Below, piece after piece: positions 26,526 to 39,765 of a stretch of DNA of 64,000 nucleotides (position 1 is its first letter; every line of letters starts with the position of its first letter). The stretch is from positions 3,226,001-3,290,000 of the forward strand of contig CM075993.1 of the NCBI GenBank assembly GCA_038087875.1, written 5' to 3'. Origin of the DNA: Malacoraja senta (Eukaryota). Under the pieces are notes generated by a model. It did no database searches, had not been told where the DNA came from, and saw only the letters and a program-made list of their open reading frames with translations. A program made the position numbers and the translations under genes.

Positions 26526-26603
26526 CTGTCTGACTCCAAGGACACTAACGATTCATCCGGGTTTTGTTTCAAGGCAGAGTATCCTTTATTGAATTTTACT
26601 AGC
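26526..26603 (-). CDS. FAM219B: FAM219B exon 4 (LVKFNKGYSALKQNPDESLVSLESDS)
   Basis: VKFNKGY..L.Q.PDE.LVSL is FAM219B-like rather than FAM219A (VVPNKGY); tttatag / gtgag; 78 nt, phase 2 to 2. Confidence 0.93.
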
Positions 26604-26725
26604 CTATAAATGAAAGAAAAGGAATAAAGACATAATGGGTAAAACAAACTAAATGTTATTAAAACCAGCACTTCCCCTGTTGACTTCTTTGGGTCTTTTA
26701 CTTGAATTTGCTCAATTGTGAGTTA

Positions 26726-27211
26726 AGGGCCTGCCCCACTTGGCCGTCATTTGCGCCTCATTTACGCGTCATATGTAAAATAGGTCGACGCGTCGTGATG
26801 CGCGACGTCGTGCACAAATCACGCGTCAACACAGCCGTCTGGAGCGCGTGACGTCATTAGAACACCCTGCGGCGCGCGGAAAGACATTGACGCAAAACGT
26901 AAGGACGTGACGCACGATGACGTAACCATGCGTCACCACGCGATACATGTGAGACGTCGGGACGCCAGTGTACGACGCCAATGCGTCAGCGTGCATACCC
27001 AATGCTTCAGCGTGCGTACGCGATACGCAGGTGGCGCGCGAGGATTTTGTTCCTGTACTAAATCCTGGAGTACCGCGTGCCACCGCATACGATTCCACGG
27101 CTTACGCATGCGCACCCAACGCATGCGCACCCAACACGTCACGACGTGTCGACCTAATTTACATATAACACGTAAATGAGGCGCAAATGACAGCCAAGTG
27201 GGACAGGTCCT
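26726..27211. mobile_element. PIF/Harbinger-like MITE, subfamily C (CpG-rich)
   Basis: Long imperfect TIR AGGGCCTGCCCCACTTGGCCGTCATTTGCGCCTCATTTACG; TTA on both sides (26723-25, 27212-14); many internal TGACGC/GCGTCA motifs. Confidence 0.85.
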
Positions 27212-28730
27212 TTAAGAGACATGAGCGTTTTGTCATATGTACTGAAACGGAGCAATGGACTTCTTGTCTCTTCTCCCCACTACCTTCAGGTAGAATGTAC
27301 AGGAGCCTGAAGACTGCAACGACCAGGTTCAGGAATAGCTACTTCCCCACAACCACTTGGCTCGGACAAAACTCTGAACATTAATAGCCCATTATCTGTT
27401 ATTTGCACTTTATCAATTTATTTATTCATGTGTGTATATATTTATAGAAGGGTATATGGACACACTGATCTGTTTTGTAGTCAATGCCTACTATGTTCTG
27501 TTGTGCTGAAGCAAAGCAAGAATTTCATTGTCCTATCAGGGACAATAAACTCACTTGAACTTGAACTTGTGGGGAAACAAGGAATTGCAGATGCTGGTTA
27601 CACGAATGGACACAAAATGCTGGAATAACTCAGCGGGAACAAGGAAACTGGAGCACCCGGAGAAAACCCACGCAGGTCACGGGGAGAACGTAACACAGCC
27701 AAATAGCAAAAATATCAAAAATTATAACCAATAATCAATACTAGTCCAAATGACTTGGGACATAATGCTGAAAGAGAAAAATATGTCCTTCCATCCAATT
27801 TGAAGATTTGTAGGTTAATTTGCCTCTGTAAATAGCCTCTTGTGTGTCTAAGAGACTGCAGATGCTGGTTTAAACTGAAGATATAGACACTAAAAACTGG
27901 AGTAACTCAACATGTCAGGCAAGAAAAGCAATAGGTGACATTTCGGGTCTCGAGAGATGCTGTCTGACCCGCTGAGTTACTCCAGCTTTTCGTGTCTACC
28001 TTGTGTGTAGGTGGACTATTTTCTTTGGTCTATTGTCTAACGGGTGATCGATGGTCGGCATGGACTTGGTGGGCCGAGGAGCCTGTTGTATCGGCCAAAT
28101 AATGGCACAAGGGAGATGATCATGTACGGTATGAAGGAAGGAAAAGAGACAACAGGATGAGCGAGGACACCAAAGATATTAATATATCCCTGCAGCTATT
28201 TCAGCCCACAAGATTTTACCGCATAGAGTATGCTGGGTGAGGAGGCATGGGAGTAGGTAAGTGGGGAGCATTGGGCAACTTGTTTTGCTGAAGTGCCTCC
28301 TCTAATTCTGTCTAACAATTTCAGAACCGACCAGACTTGCCTGCAATTGCGGCAGACGCCAACAAACAGGCTTAGATACTGTGCAGGGAGGAACTGCAGA
28401 TGCTGCTTCACACCGAAGATGGACGTAAAATGCTGGAGTAACTCAGCGGGACAGGCAGCACCTCTGGAGAGAAGCAATGGGTGACGTTTCGGGTTGAGAC
28501 CCGTCTTTCTGAAGAAGGGTCTCGACCCAAAATGACACTCATTCCTTCTCTCAAGAAATGCTGTCAAGCTGAGATACTGAGTCACCCTGCGATGCGACGC
28601 TTTCTACCAAATGCTTTTTTTTTTTTATGGAGGAGATAGTTTTCATTCCCATTAAATTGATTTCCTAAAATAATTCTCCTCTGAGTCACAGTAGCTTAAG
28701 GGCGTGTTGGAACAGAGCAGGATGACTAAC

Positions 28731-28821
28731 CTTTTAGTTCCAGACTTGGGCTGGTGTAAGACTGGACCTCCAGCCATTGCTTTCTTCTTGAGAACCCTCT
28801 TGGCCAATTCTCGATGCTTCT
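28731..28821 (-). CDS. FAM219B: FAM219B exon 3 (QKHRELAKRVLKKKAMAGGPVLHQPKSGTKR)
   Basis: Similar to FAM219B KHRDLAKAVLRRKGM; ttttgcag / gttagt; 91 nt, phase 1 to 2. Confidence 0.9.
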
Positions 28822-31800
28822 CTGCAAAAGGGAAAAGCAGGACAAAATTCAACTCGGACAGTGAGTGCCACGGTGGTGTAAGCTGGTGGAGCTGCTGCCT
28901 CACAGCGCCAGCGACCCAGGTTCGCTCCCTGGAACGTCCTCCCAGTGACTACATTTCAGTTGAGCTTTCTTTGTCACATGTGCCGAGGTACAGTGAAAAT
29001 CTTTTGTTCGGCAGAAAGACAACACACGATGACAATCGAGCCGTTCACATTGGACAGTTCGGAGTAGAGATTTAAAAGTGCGGAGCTGGGAAACATGGGT
29101 TTCGTCCGGGTGCTCCCGTTTCCTCCCACATCCCAAAGATGTGCGGGATTGTAGATTAATTTGTACTTCTAACTTGCACAGAAGCAAAGGTAGACAAAAA
29201 AGCTGGAGAAACTCAGCGGGTGAGGCAGCATCTATGGAGCCACGGAATGATATGGAGCGAAGGCATCTATGGAGCAGAAGCAAATGTCACTGGGCTATAA
29301 CCTTTCCTGCTGCTGGGATTTTCAAGAGTAAACTCTGGGCAGTGGAGGGATGACTTCCCTTGTACATTTACACATGATTAGAAAACCATGTCCACAGTCA
29401 CCACCCAAGACAGCAGCATTGCCCAGCACCAAAGTCCATTCACAGAGGACATGGTAAGCGTGCCTTCGTAATGAATAGCTTTCAAAGTCTTGGGGCAAAA
29501 TGAGGTAACAATGCAAACTACTGCCTGGAGCTATCCGCAGATGCTGCATGGCCTGCAGAGTTCATCTGGAGGATAGAATAGGAAGCAACTGCAGATGCCG
29601 ATTTAAACTGAAGATTGACACAAAATGCTGGGGTAACTCAGCGGGACATGCAGCATCTCTGGAGAGAAGGAATGGGTGACGTTTCGGGTCGAGACCCTTT
29701 TTCAGATGCTGAGTAACTCCAGCATTTTATCTGTCTTCATCTTGAGGATTGTTTTATGCTCCAGATTCCAGCAATCTCGTGTCCCCAACTCATTATGTCC
29801 AATAAAAGGGACAAATATCCCAATAGATCTCTCGTTCCCACCTAACTACACCCTATCCTTTTAATGCCAAATTCATGATAATTAAATGATAAGGTTGTAG
29901 GAAATTGCACTGTATATCCATCCAGGTGAATGGTCCAAGGGGTCTCGACTAGAAACGTCACCTATTCCTTCTCTCCGGAGATGCTGCCTGTCCCACTGAG
30001 TTACTCCAGCGTTTTGTGTCTATCTGTATGGGTTGGGCATCTGTATAAAATAAAAGTCGTCCCGTATGTGTGCAGGGAGTGGATGAGAAAGTGGGATTAA
30101 ATTGAACTGATGCGAGACAAATCCTGGCCTTGCCAACTGTGTCTCGATGTCAAAATCAAAATCCACTTGAGCAGCTTGGAAAACATCAATTTAAACTTCA
30201 CAATAAAAATAAATAACTTGTATGTTCTCTTCCATTGCTCGTCACGACTATACCAAAGAACCAAGAATGGATGCAAAACGCTGGAGTAACTCAGCGGGTC
30301 AGACAGCATCTCTGGAGAGAAGGAATATATGACGTTTCGGGTCGACACCCTTCTTCAGAACAGTCTGAAGAAGTGTCTCGACCCAAAATGTCGCCTATTC
30401 CTTTTCTCCAGAGATGATGTCTGACCCGCTGAGTTACTCGAGCGTTTTGTGGCTATCTTCGGTTTAAACCAGCATCTGCAGTTCCATCCTACACATAGGC
30501 AATCAAGTCAAGTTAGCTCGAGTGAATAATCTTACTTCGCCAAAGGGTGCTGAGTTACTCCAGCTTTTTCTGTCTATCCAGGTTAAACCAGCATCTGCAG
30601 TTCCTTCCTACGTAAACCAAGGAACTATAGAAGAGTTTAAGCTTGTGCAGTGCAAGTGTTCAATCAATGATCTCTCAACTCCAGTAATGAAGGAAATAAT
30701 TCCTTTTGAAGTTTCAAGACAGATTTCCAATTGCTGCAATATATTTTCCCATGTTGGTTTGCTCTCTTTTATTGAACAGTTTAATCACCAAAGTTTCCTC
30801 TCAGATTAATTGCCCCAAAGCCGATGCTGTTGATCTTTTTCAAACTAATGCGTTTGAACAACCAGTAAAGGCAGCAATTTATCACCTCACAACAACTTGA
30901 GAATCTGATCCAGAGTGCAATCTTTTCATTCTTAAATTGCAGCTTTCGGCACAGATTTACTTCTTCCACGCACGCTGGGAAAGCAATATAGTTTACACTG
31001 AGAAAGAGCAAACTGAAGAAGAGACGCAAGGAACTGCAGATGCTGGAACCTTGCGTAGAACACAGTCTAAACATTTCTACTCGGATACTTGCACCGATGA
31101 CCGAGTTATGTAGAATTCTGACTTTTCCTTGTGCAAGAAATATCGTGAAACACAATGTTTGTATTCGGATTCAGTCCGAATTTGGTAAAGTCACAACCCC
31201 AGACCACTCCGAAGGACAACTGCAACAATATTACCTCAAGATTCTTCTGGCACAAGTCCCAAGGACTGGGAGAGGAGCCATTTTAAGCTGTTATTTTAAC
31301 AGGGTACAGAACAATGATTCATACTGATTCACATGATCATGTGATGATGAAGTTCTGAGACCATAATAACAAACAATCTCACTTGATAATTTGAGTTACT
31401 CACAGGGCCAATTCGTACTTTGCATTTGGCAAGCTTTCCGATCACTATGAGGATTGGAGAGAGAATTTTAAAAGAGACTAGACCAAGGGGGGCCCGTTGG
31501 GTCCCGTCCCCTCAACACGCGGTTGTGGGGGGGGGGGGGGGGGCTGCGGCATCACACACACACTAACCACCCCCCAAACACACAGGGGAGGGAGGGGGGT
31601 AGGGGAGGGGAGATGGGGGGCGGAGGGAGAGCGAGAAGGGGGGAAGGGGGAGAGAGTGGGGAGGGGGCAGAGAGTGGGGGAGGGAGGTGGAGAAGTTTAA
31701 AGAGATGTGAAGAGCCAATTTAGCAGATGAAGAGGGTGAAAGATTGCAACCTGTTTTGACGAATGCAAACAACCCGGTCGGTGTGCACAGTCAAATAAGA

Positions 31801-32606
31801 TCAAACAGAACAAGTTGTCCTACAACTTTAGGCTGTGCACGCCACACGCAAGAAGAAGAAGAAGAAGAAGCCGGTAGGAAGCGTACCGACATAGTGACTC
31901 CTTTGTGATGTTATCACTGACATTTTGTACTTTTACAATGGCTTTATCAGTTGCGTCAGTTTATCAGTATTGGCAGTGTACTTGTGTAGGAAGGAACTGC
32001 AGATGCTGGTTAACGCCATAGATAGACACAAAATGCTGGAGTAACTCAGCAGGACAGGCAGCATCTCTGGAGAGAAGGAATGGGTGACGTTTCGGGTCGA
32101 GACCTTTCTTCAGACGCGACCCAAAACGTCACCCATTCCTTCTCTCCAGAGATGCTGCTGCCTGTCCCGCTGAGATACTCCAGCATTTTGTGTCTATCTT
32201 CACTACTGTACTTAGTGTTTACACAGAGAGATAATAAATCAAGGCAGTAACTGCCCCACCTCTAACGTTGACATAATGGAGGCGCACGCCTCCAGAGTGC
32301 ATCACAGCTAGATTGCAGAATCCCACAACCGTATAAGGAAACAGACGGCAGACAGAAACAACAGCACACAGATGGCAACCAGAATAATTAACGAGCTTGC
32401 CAACTCCACTGGCTCAGGGGCTGATTCCCTCAGCAGAAGCGAACCAGGAACAAAAAGTCACAACCCCTCCCCCCACAATCACACACTGTCCCGGTTTGAG
32501 GACATACAATTCCTACAACGGTACATGGTCAAAGTCCCAGAAGTCCTTACCCAAGTACTCCCCCTTCTTTTACCCCCGCACCCCCCATCCCCACCCAAAG
32601 TACTCG

Positions 32607-33095
32607 CATTAACTCCCCCTCCCACTCCCACACTAACCTTTCTGTCCTGGGCCTCCTCCGCTGTCAGAGTGAGGCCCAACGCAAATTGGAGGAGCAGCAC
32701 CTCATATTTCGCTTGGGCAGCTTACACCCCAGCGGTATGAACATTGACTTCTCTAACTTCAAGTAGCCCTTGCTTTCCCTCTCTCTCTGTCCCCCCCCCC
32801 CCCCCTTACCCCAGTTCTCCGACTAGTTTCACTGTCCTGCTGATTGATTTTACTGATCGTACGCCACCATGTCACCTCCCCCAGCGCTAACAATGAACCA
32901 TTCCACATTTCCTTATCATCGTCTGCTTTGATCTGTCATTTTCACACCTCGCCCTTCCACTGACTCTCAGTCTGTAGAAGGGTCTCGACCCGACAACATC
33001 AATCATTCCTTCTCGCTAGAGATGCTGCCTGTCTCGCTGAGTTACTCCAGCATTTTGTGTCTATCGCTGGTGTAAACCAGCATCTGTAGTTCCTT
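32607..33095 (+). mobile_element. Penelope-like element 3' end: endonuclease C-terminus plus 3'UTR/pseudo-LTR
   Basis: 32611-32766 translates NSPSHSHTNLSVLGLLRCQSEAQRKLEEQHLIFRLGSLHPSGMNIDFSNFK*, resembling the GIY-YIG C-terminal R..E..I..L....P.G.N motif; continuous with the abundant short repeat found throughout the window. Confidence 0.8.
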
Positions 33096-33562
33096 GTGTT
33101 TAAGAAGGAACTGCAGATGCTGGAAAATCGAAGGTAGACAAAAATGCTGGAGAAACTCAGCGGGTGCAGCAGCATCTATGGAGCGAAGGAATCCTTCGCT
33201 CCATAGATGCTGCTGCACCCGCTGAGTTTCTCCAGCATTTTTGTCTACCATCAGTAGTTCCTTCCTCTGCAAAGTACCTACACCCTCACGGCTGATGCAG
33301 TTTGGGGCAGCTCAAGCAACTCTTCAGGGCAGCATAACACACCTGAACACATCACACACCTGCAGGCATTCAAAGAGCAAATTAAAGTGACAGTTTTGGA
33401 CTTCTACAGAACCAATTATTAAAGGGCATCAGTTTGGAGATACAGCATGGAAAAGGCACTTCAGCCCAGGATGCAGGCTGACCATCGATCACCGGTTCAC
33501 ACTAGATAGTTTTCCCACTTTCTCATCCACTCCCTACAACACCAAGAGAAATTAACCTCAAA

Positions 33563-34242
33563 CCAGGCAGTGAAGAAAGCGAATGGTATGTTAGCTTTCA
33601 TAGCAAAAGGATTTGAGTATAGGAGCAGGGAGGTTCTACTGCAGTTGTACAGGGTCTTGGTGAGACCACACCTGGAGTATTGCGTACAGGTTTGGTCTCC
33701 AAATCTGAGGAAGGACATTATTGCCATAGAGGGAGTGCAGAGAAGGTTCACCAGACTGATTCCTGGGATGTCAGGACTGTCTTATGAAGAAAGACTGGAT
33801 AGACTTGGTTTATACTCTCTAGAATTTAGGAGATTGAGAGGGGATCTTATAGAAACGTACAAAATTCTTAAGGGGTTGGACAGGCTAGATGCAGGAAGAT
33901 TGCTCCCGATGTTGGGGAAGTCCAGGACAAGGGGTCACAGCTTAAGGATAAGGGGGAAATCCTTTAAAACCGAGATGAGAAGAACTTTTTTCACACAGAG
34001 AGTGGTGAATCTCTGGAACTCTCTGCCACAGAGGGTAGTCGAGGCCAGTTCATTGGCTATATTTAAGAGGGAGTTAGATGTGGCCCTTGTGGCTAAAGGG
34101 ATCAGAGGGTATGGAGAGAAGGCAGGTACGGGATACTGAGTTGGATGATCTGCCATGATCATATTGAATGGCGGTGCAGGCTCGAAGGGCCGAAGGGCCG
34201 AATGGCCTACTCCTGCACCTAATTTCTATGTTTCTATGTTTC
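33563..34242 (+). mobile_element. 5'-truncated CR1 LINE, near-identical to 12714-13383
   Basis: ORF 33570-34139 almost identical to the C-terminus of the 11.5-13.3 kb ORF; TTCTATGT tail. Confidence 0.95.
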
Positions 34243-35411
34243 TAACCCGCATGTCTTTGGGAAGTGGGAGGAAACCGGAGCACCCGGAGGAAACTCGTGC
34301 GTTCACAGAGAGAATGCACAAACTAATAGAAGCATAGAAAATAGGTGCAGGAGTAGGCCTTTCGGCCCTTCGAGCCAGCACAGCCATTCAACATGATCAT
34401 GGCTGCTCATCCAGAATCAGTACCCTGTTCCTGCTTTCTCCCCATATCCCTTGATTCCGTTAGCCCTAAGAGCTGGATCTAACTCTCTCTTGAAAACACC
34501 TAGTGAATACAGACAGCAGGTAAGGCAGGTAACCCGGGTCTTATTGACCTGAGAGCGGTAACGCAGCAGCTGTATCGCCGCCAGCCAGCAGAGCTTTCAA
34601 GCTTTTCGTATTATCTGCCCGATGGAGGGGGGGGGGGGGGGAATAACTGGGGTGAAAGTGGTCTTTCATGTAACATCTGGGCTCAACTCTTCTAGAGCAC
34701 ATGAAAGAACTAGATAGGGCTCTTAAAAATAGCGGTCAGGGGATATGGGGAGAAGGCAGGAACGGGGTACTGATTGGGGTGATCAGCCATGATCACGTTG
34801 AATGGCGGTGCTGGCTCGAAGGGCCAAGTGGCCTACTTCTGCACCTATTGTCTATTGTTCTCACTCCTGTCAGCCAACTAGCCCACACTCCACAATTATA
34901 TCATTCACAGCTGAAAAGCATCAAGGTTTACAATGGGCAAGTGCCCCGTGCTGTGGGTTGGGTGAATCAATAAACCTATTCATTTGGGTGATGGAGCATG
35001 TTGGTACCATCAAGCCTCATGCATTAGGAATGACCACAGACCCAGAAGACTGGAATGTAGCCAACCTTTGAAATAAGATATAGACACTAAATGCTGGAGT
35101 AACTCAGCCGGTCAAACAGCATCTCTGGAGAAAAAGAGGAGGTGATGTTTCGGGTCGAGACCCTTCTTCAGACCGAGAGTCCCCTAGGGGAAAGGAAAAC
35201 GAGAGATATAGAGACAGTGATGTGGAACAAATGAATGAAAGATATGCAAAAAATGAAATAAGATCTTGGATTCAGACAAGATAACACGTGCGAGCGTGAA
35301 CTATCAGGTTACCATTACTACCTGCAGCCTGTGGGATTATACAGCTTATGTAGTGTCCAGGGGACTCGAGTGCCTGTACAGCCTCACTTGATCAGCTAGC
35401 TTGTGACTCAC

Positions 35412-35511
35412 GTAATTTGAGATGTATTGATGATGTTCTGGTGCTGGTCGGCAGTTTCTTCTTCTCATTCATCTTGAAGGCAGTCTCATTCTTCCAGCTT
35501 TTGGTGTAGCC
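35412..35511 (-). CDS. FAM219B: FAM219B exon 2 (GYTKSWKNETAFKMNEKKKLPTSTRTSSIHLKL)
   Basis: Pyrimidine-rich acceptor ...gtttcaag and gtgagt donor; 100 nt, phase 0 to 1; splicing to exon 3 gives the FAM219 motif IHLKLQKHRELA. Confidence 0.8.
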
Positions 35512-35649
35512 CTTGAAACGGAACAAATAAGGGAGAGGAGAAAACACTCGTTACAAAGCAAGTCACCTCCCTCTAAAAGGCCACTCTGCCCGGCGAATCT
35601 GTTCCTATCATCCAACAGACTGATCTGAGCGCAATCCAAGTCTAGAAGT

Positions 35650-36233
35650 TGGGAGGTCATGTTGCAGTTGTATAAGACGTTGGTGAGGCCGCATTTGGAG
35701 TATTGTGTTCAGTTCTGGGCACCATGTTATAGGAAAGTTGTCAACAAGCTGGCAAGAGTACAGAGAAGATTTACGACGATGTTGCCAGGACTAGAGGGTC
35801 TGATCTACAGGGAGAGGTTGAGCAGGCTGGGACTCTATTCCTTGGAGCGCAGGAGGATGAGGGGTGATCTTATGGAGGTGTATAAAATCATGAGAGGAAT
35901 AGATCTGGTGGATGCACAGTCTCTTGCCCAGGGTAGGTAAATCGAGGACATAGGTTTAAGGTGAAGGAGAAAAGATTTAATAGGAATCTGAGGGGTAACT
36001 ATTTCACACAATGGGTGGTGGGAGTATGGAACAAACTGCCAGAGGAAGTAGTTGAGGCTGGGATTATCCCAATGTTTAAGAAACAGCTAGACAGGTGCAT
36101 GGATAGGACAGGTTTGGAGTGATATGGGCCAAACGTGGGCAGGTGGGACGAGTGAAGCTGGGACACCGTTGGCCGGTGGTGGCAAGTTAGGCCGAAGGGC
36201 CTGTTTCCATGCTGTATCACTCTATGACTCTAT
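35650..36233 (+). mobile_element. Older CR1 LINE 3' fragment (ACTCTATG tail subfamily)
   Basis: MLQLYKTLVRPHLEYCVQFWAP..; a related minus-strand copy lies at ~45586-46066. Confidence 0.85.
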
Positions 36234-36634
36234 AACCTCAGCTCCACATTCATGCCAATCCCTGAAATTTTCCATCCTGTCCCTATCATAAACCCATCCA
36301 CCTCAGCCTTAAAGATATTCAAAAAGTGCTTCTGCTCCCTTTACGAAGAGAGTTTCGTAGACTTAGTGCTGGATTTGGAAAAAAAAACAATCCCATTGTC
36401 TTAAATGAGTGATCTCTTATTTTAAACTATAATCCCTAGGCCTAGATTCTCTGTCAAGAGACCATCATCTCCACATCTACTGAGTTACTGACCGAGTAAA
36501 CTCGTGCTGGGTGTAAAGAGATTCAGGTTCACGGAAGGCACATTGCTCAGAATGCTGTTTGAACAAAGAGCAAGTGAACTAGGGAAATGTTAAACCCCAC
36601 AATGAGGTTGCCTCATCCTTACTGCAATATTAGA

Positions 36635-36918
36635 CTTTAAAGATACAGCGCGGAAACAGGCCCTTCAGCCCACCGGGTCCGCGCTGACCAGCGATCACCC
36701 CTATACACTAACACTGTCCTGCAGACTAGGGACAATTTACAATTTTTTCCCAAAAGCCAATTAACCTACCAACCGGTCGTCTTTGGAGTGTGGGTAAACC
36801 AGAGAAAACCCACGCAGGTCACGAGGAGAAGGTGCAAACTCCGTACAGGCAGCACCCGTAGTCAGGATCCAACTGGGGTCTCTGACGCTGCAAGGCAGCA
36901 ACTCTACCACTGCACCAC
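36635..36918 (-). mobile_element. tRNA-derived V-SINE (HE1-like)
   Basis: Reverse complement of the SINE consensus. Confidence 0.8.
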
Positions 36919-38444
36919 CTCGATCTTCTATTAGAAACTCTCCATCGTAGAATGCTGCCAAGACAGCATTTAGCCATTTAAATCCAAGGAGGCTTTCTTC
37001 AAAAGCAGCTGCATCTGGTTCTACAACCTGGCCCCATTCCAGGCAACCAAGCGATTGCTTTTCATATTTAACATAACTTTTCACAACCATGAGTCAATGT
37101 ACCTCTCAGCATCTCAACTTGCCAACAGGAATGTCAACAACTATCAAAACAAAACAGCCGCATAAAACCTGAGACACAAGGAACTGCGGATGCTGGAACC
37201 TTCGGCAAAACACAATTACTGGAAGAACTCAGCAAGTTAGGCAGCATCTGTAGAAGGAAGTGGACAGATGCCCCATTTTGGGCAGGGCCCTTCTTCAGTC
37301 TGATTGTAGTAAGTGGTGGTGGGGGGGGAAGAGGTGGTACAAAGTCAGACGAGTGATAGGTGGAGATAAACTCAAAAAGCTGGAGTAACTCAGCGGGTCA
37401 AGCAGCATCTCTGGAGAACATGGACATGTGATGTTTCGGGTCGAGACCCTTCTTCAGACTGATTAAGGTTGGGGGGAGAAAGCTGGAAGAGCGGTAGTGG
37501 TGGGACAAATCCCAGCAAGTGATAGGTGGATGCAGGCAAGGAAGGGGGTTTAGCGGGACATGGGTCAAACACAGGAAAGTGGGACTAGTCAAGATGTGGC
37601 ATGGACAGGTTGGACCAAAAGGCACGCTTCCACAGTGCACGACTCCATGAGACAAAAAGTGTGAGATGCGGAGATAAGCATTGAAGAAGCGTGAAATGTG
37701 ATGCCGGAGGAAGGAATACGTCTAAAAGGGGACGGGGTGGAAGGGACAGGGAGAAATGTGCATCCGGGTGGGACACCGATGCTGCCCGACCCACTGACTT
37801 ACTCCAGCACTTTGCATCTTTCTTTGTAAACCAGCAAGAGAGAGTTAGATAGAGCTCTCGGGGCTAGTGGAATCAAGGGATATGGGGAGAAGGCAGGCAC
37901 GGGTTAGTGATTGGGGACGATCAGCCATGATTACAATGAATGGTGGTGCTGGCTCGTAGGGCTGAATGGCCTCCTCCTGCACCTATTTTCTATCTGCAAT
38001 TCCTTGTGCCTGCTTTTAAAATCAAGTAAATTATGCATAAAGATAGACTCAGAACATCTGTTGTGAACAGTTTTAGCAGAATATTTTAAAAGGTGTTTTC
38101 ATTTGCAAGAAACAAGACTCCTCTGATTTTATGGGACCGTAAAGATGATAATCGCAGCTTTGCATTCTGCAGCTATCGTTAAAGGTTTAAAGTTCGAGTG
38201 CAACAGAAGTGCTAATGAACCATTTTCCAGGAGAGATGTTAATTACTGCTTTTAGTGTGTTCATGCGGCACAAAAACACCTCGAGTGCAGATTCAGCAGC
38301 TGCAATCAGCCGTCTCCACCCAAACTCATCAAGGATTTGCAGGTTAATTGGATAGTGCAGAAGTGACTTGCTCCAAGTATTCAAGATAACAGTGTCAAAT
38401 AAAACTCCACAACTAGTCTTATAGTAAGACTAGTCTCCATCAGT

Positions 38445-38472
38445 CTGAAGAAGGGTTTCGGCCCGAAACGTT
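38445..38472 (+). ncRNA. Minimal hammerhead-like motif, UUCG-loop variant
   Basis: CTGAAGA-A-GGGT(TTCG)GCCC-GAAAC-GTT. Confidence 0.55.
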
Positions 38473-38604
38473 GCCTGTTTCCTTCGCTCCATAGATGCTG
38501 CTGCACCCGCTGAGTTTCTCCAGCATTTTTGTGTACCTAGTCTTATAGTAATCTTGGGCACCGGGAAGACAAGTGCATTCATTGTCAAAATGAAGCCTGG
38601 TGCC

Positions 38605-38945
38605 CCAACACGGTCCTTCAGGAGCTGAACCTGGACACACTTTCCACAGTTGTAGCAGCCAGAGGCACCAGCAGTGTCCCTGACCTCCCACATCCTGCAA
38701 GCATCGCACTGAATCAGCTTCCCTGTCATTCCTTTACTGCGTCTCGCCGTCTCCAACTTTTGGCGTAGTCTCCGCCTTCAGCCTCCTCGCCAAAGACTCT
38801 CGACTCAAAGACTCGCATTTTTCTCACAAGGCACTCGAGCCAAAGACTCGCACTTTTCTCACAAGGCACTTCCCTCGACAAGGCCGCTCCCCTAGAGCCG
38901 ACCTTGCTAAAATTAGCTGATAAATTGACTGATTCGTTTACTTGT
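38605..38945 (-). mobile_element. CR1 LINE 5' end (5'UTR and ORF1 N-terminal zinc finger)
   Basis: MTGKLIQCDACRMWEV...CYNCGKCVQVQLLKDRV: CxxC..CxxC followed by a heptad-like segment, as in CR1 ORF1p. Confidence 0.7.
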
Positions 38946-39317
38946 CGATTTGCTAATTAAATTCCTCAGCCAATCCCCGCACTCACTCCTTCACCCAGGG
39001 AGAACTTACAAACTCCGCACAGCACCCAGCGTCAGGATCAAACATGGGTCTCTGGTGCTGTAAGGCAACAACTTTCCCGCTGCTTCACTGTACTTCAGTG
39101 AAAGGTGAAAGGCAACCACAAATGTTATGGCTGCACCATGATAACCAAATAACCTCCAGTTTAGTTTAATTATATTTATATTAGCAGAGCAGTATGCATA
39201 AGCTGCAAAGAAGATTTAAGTGACTCTGCAGTGGATTAATGACGAAGGAAAGTGATGTGAGTAACTACTTAATCAGAGCCCCACCTGCAACTATACATCT
39301 GCGACTTGGGGTTAACA

Positions 39318-39765
39318 TATGAGCGTTTGTCAGCAATGGGCTTGTACTCGCTGGAGTTCAGAGGGATGAGGGGGGAGGGCCTCATTGAAACTTACCGAAT
39401 AGTGAAAGGCTTGGACAGAGTGGGTTGTGGAGAGGATGTTTTCATTAGTGGGAGAGTCTAGGACCAGAGGCCATAGCCTCAGAACTAAAAGACGTTCCTT
39501 TAGGAAGGAGATTAGGAATTTCTTTAGACAGAGGGTGGTGAATCTGTGGAATTCTTTGCCACAGAAGGCTGCGGAGGCCAAGCCAATGGATATTTCTAAG
39601 GCAGAGATAGATAGATTCTTGATTAGGACTGGTGTCAGGGGTTATGGGGAGAAGGCAGGAGAATGCAGTTAGGAGGGTGAGACAGATCAGCCATGATTGA
39701 ATGGCAGAGTAGATTTGATGGGCCAAATGGCCTAATTCTGCTCCTATCACTTATGAACTTATGAT
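39318..39765 (+). mobile_element. Degenerate CR1 LINE 3' fragment (CTTATGA tail subfamily)
   Basis: ERMFSLVGESRTRGHSLR..FFRQRVVNLWNSLP. Confidence 0.85.

Noticed and set aside
35565..35630. Extra FAM219B exon just upstream of exon 2 (GTGAC donor near 35564)
   Set aside because: Would leave an intron of only ~50 nt, has no FAM219 similarity, and exon 1 already splices in phase
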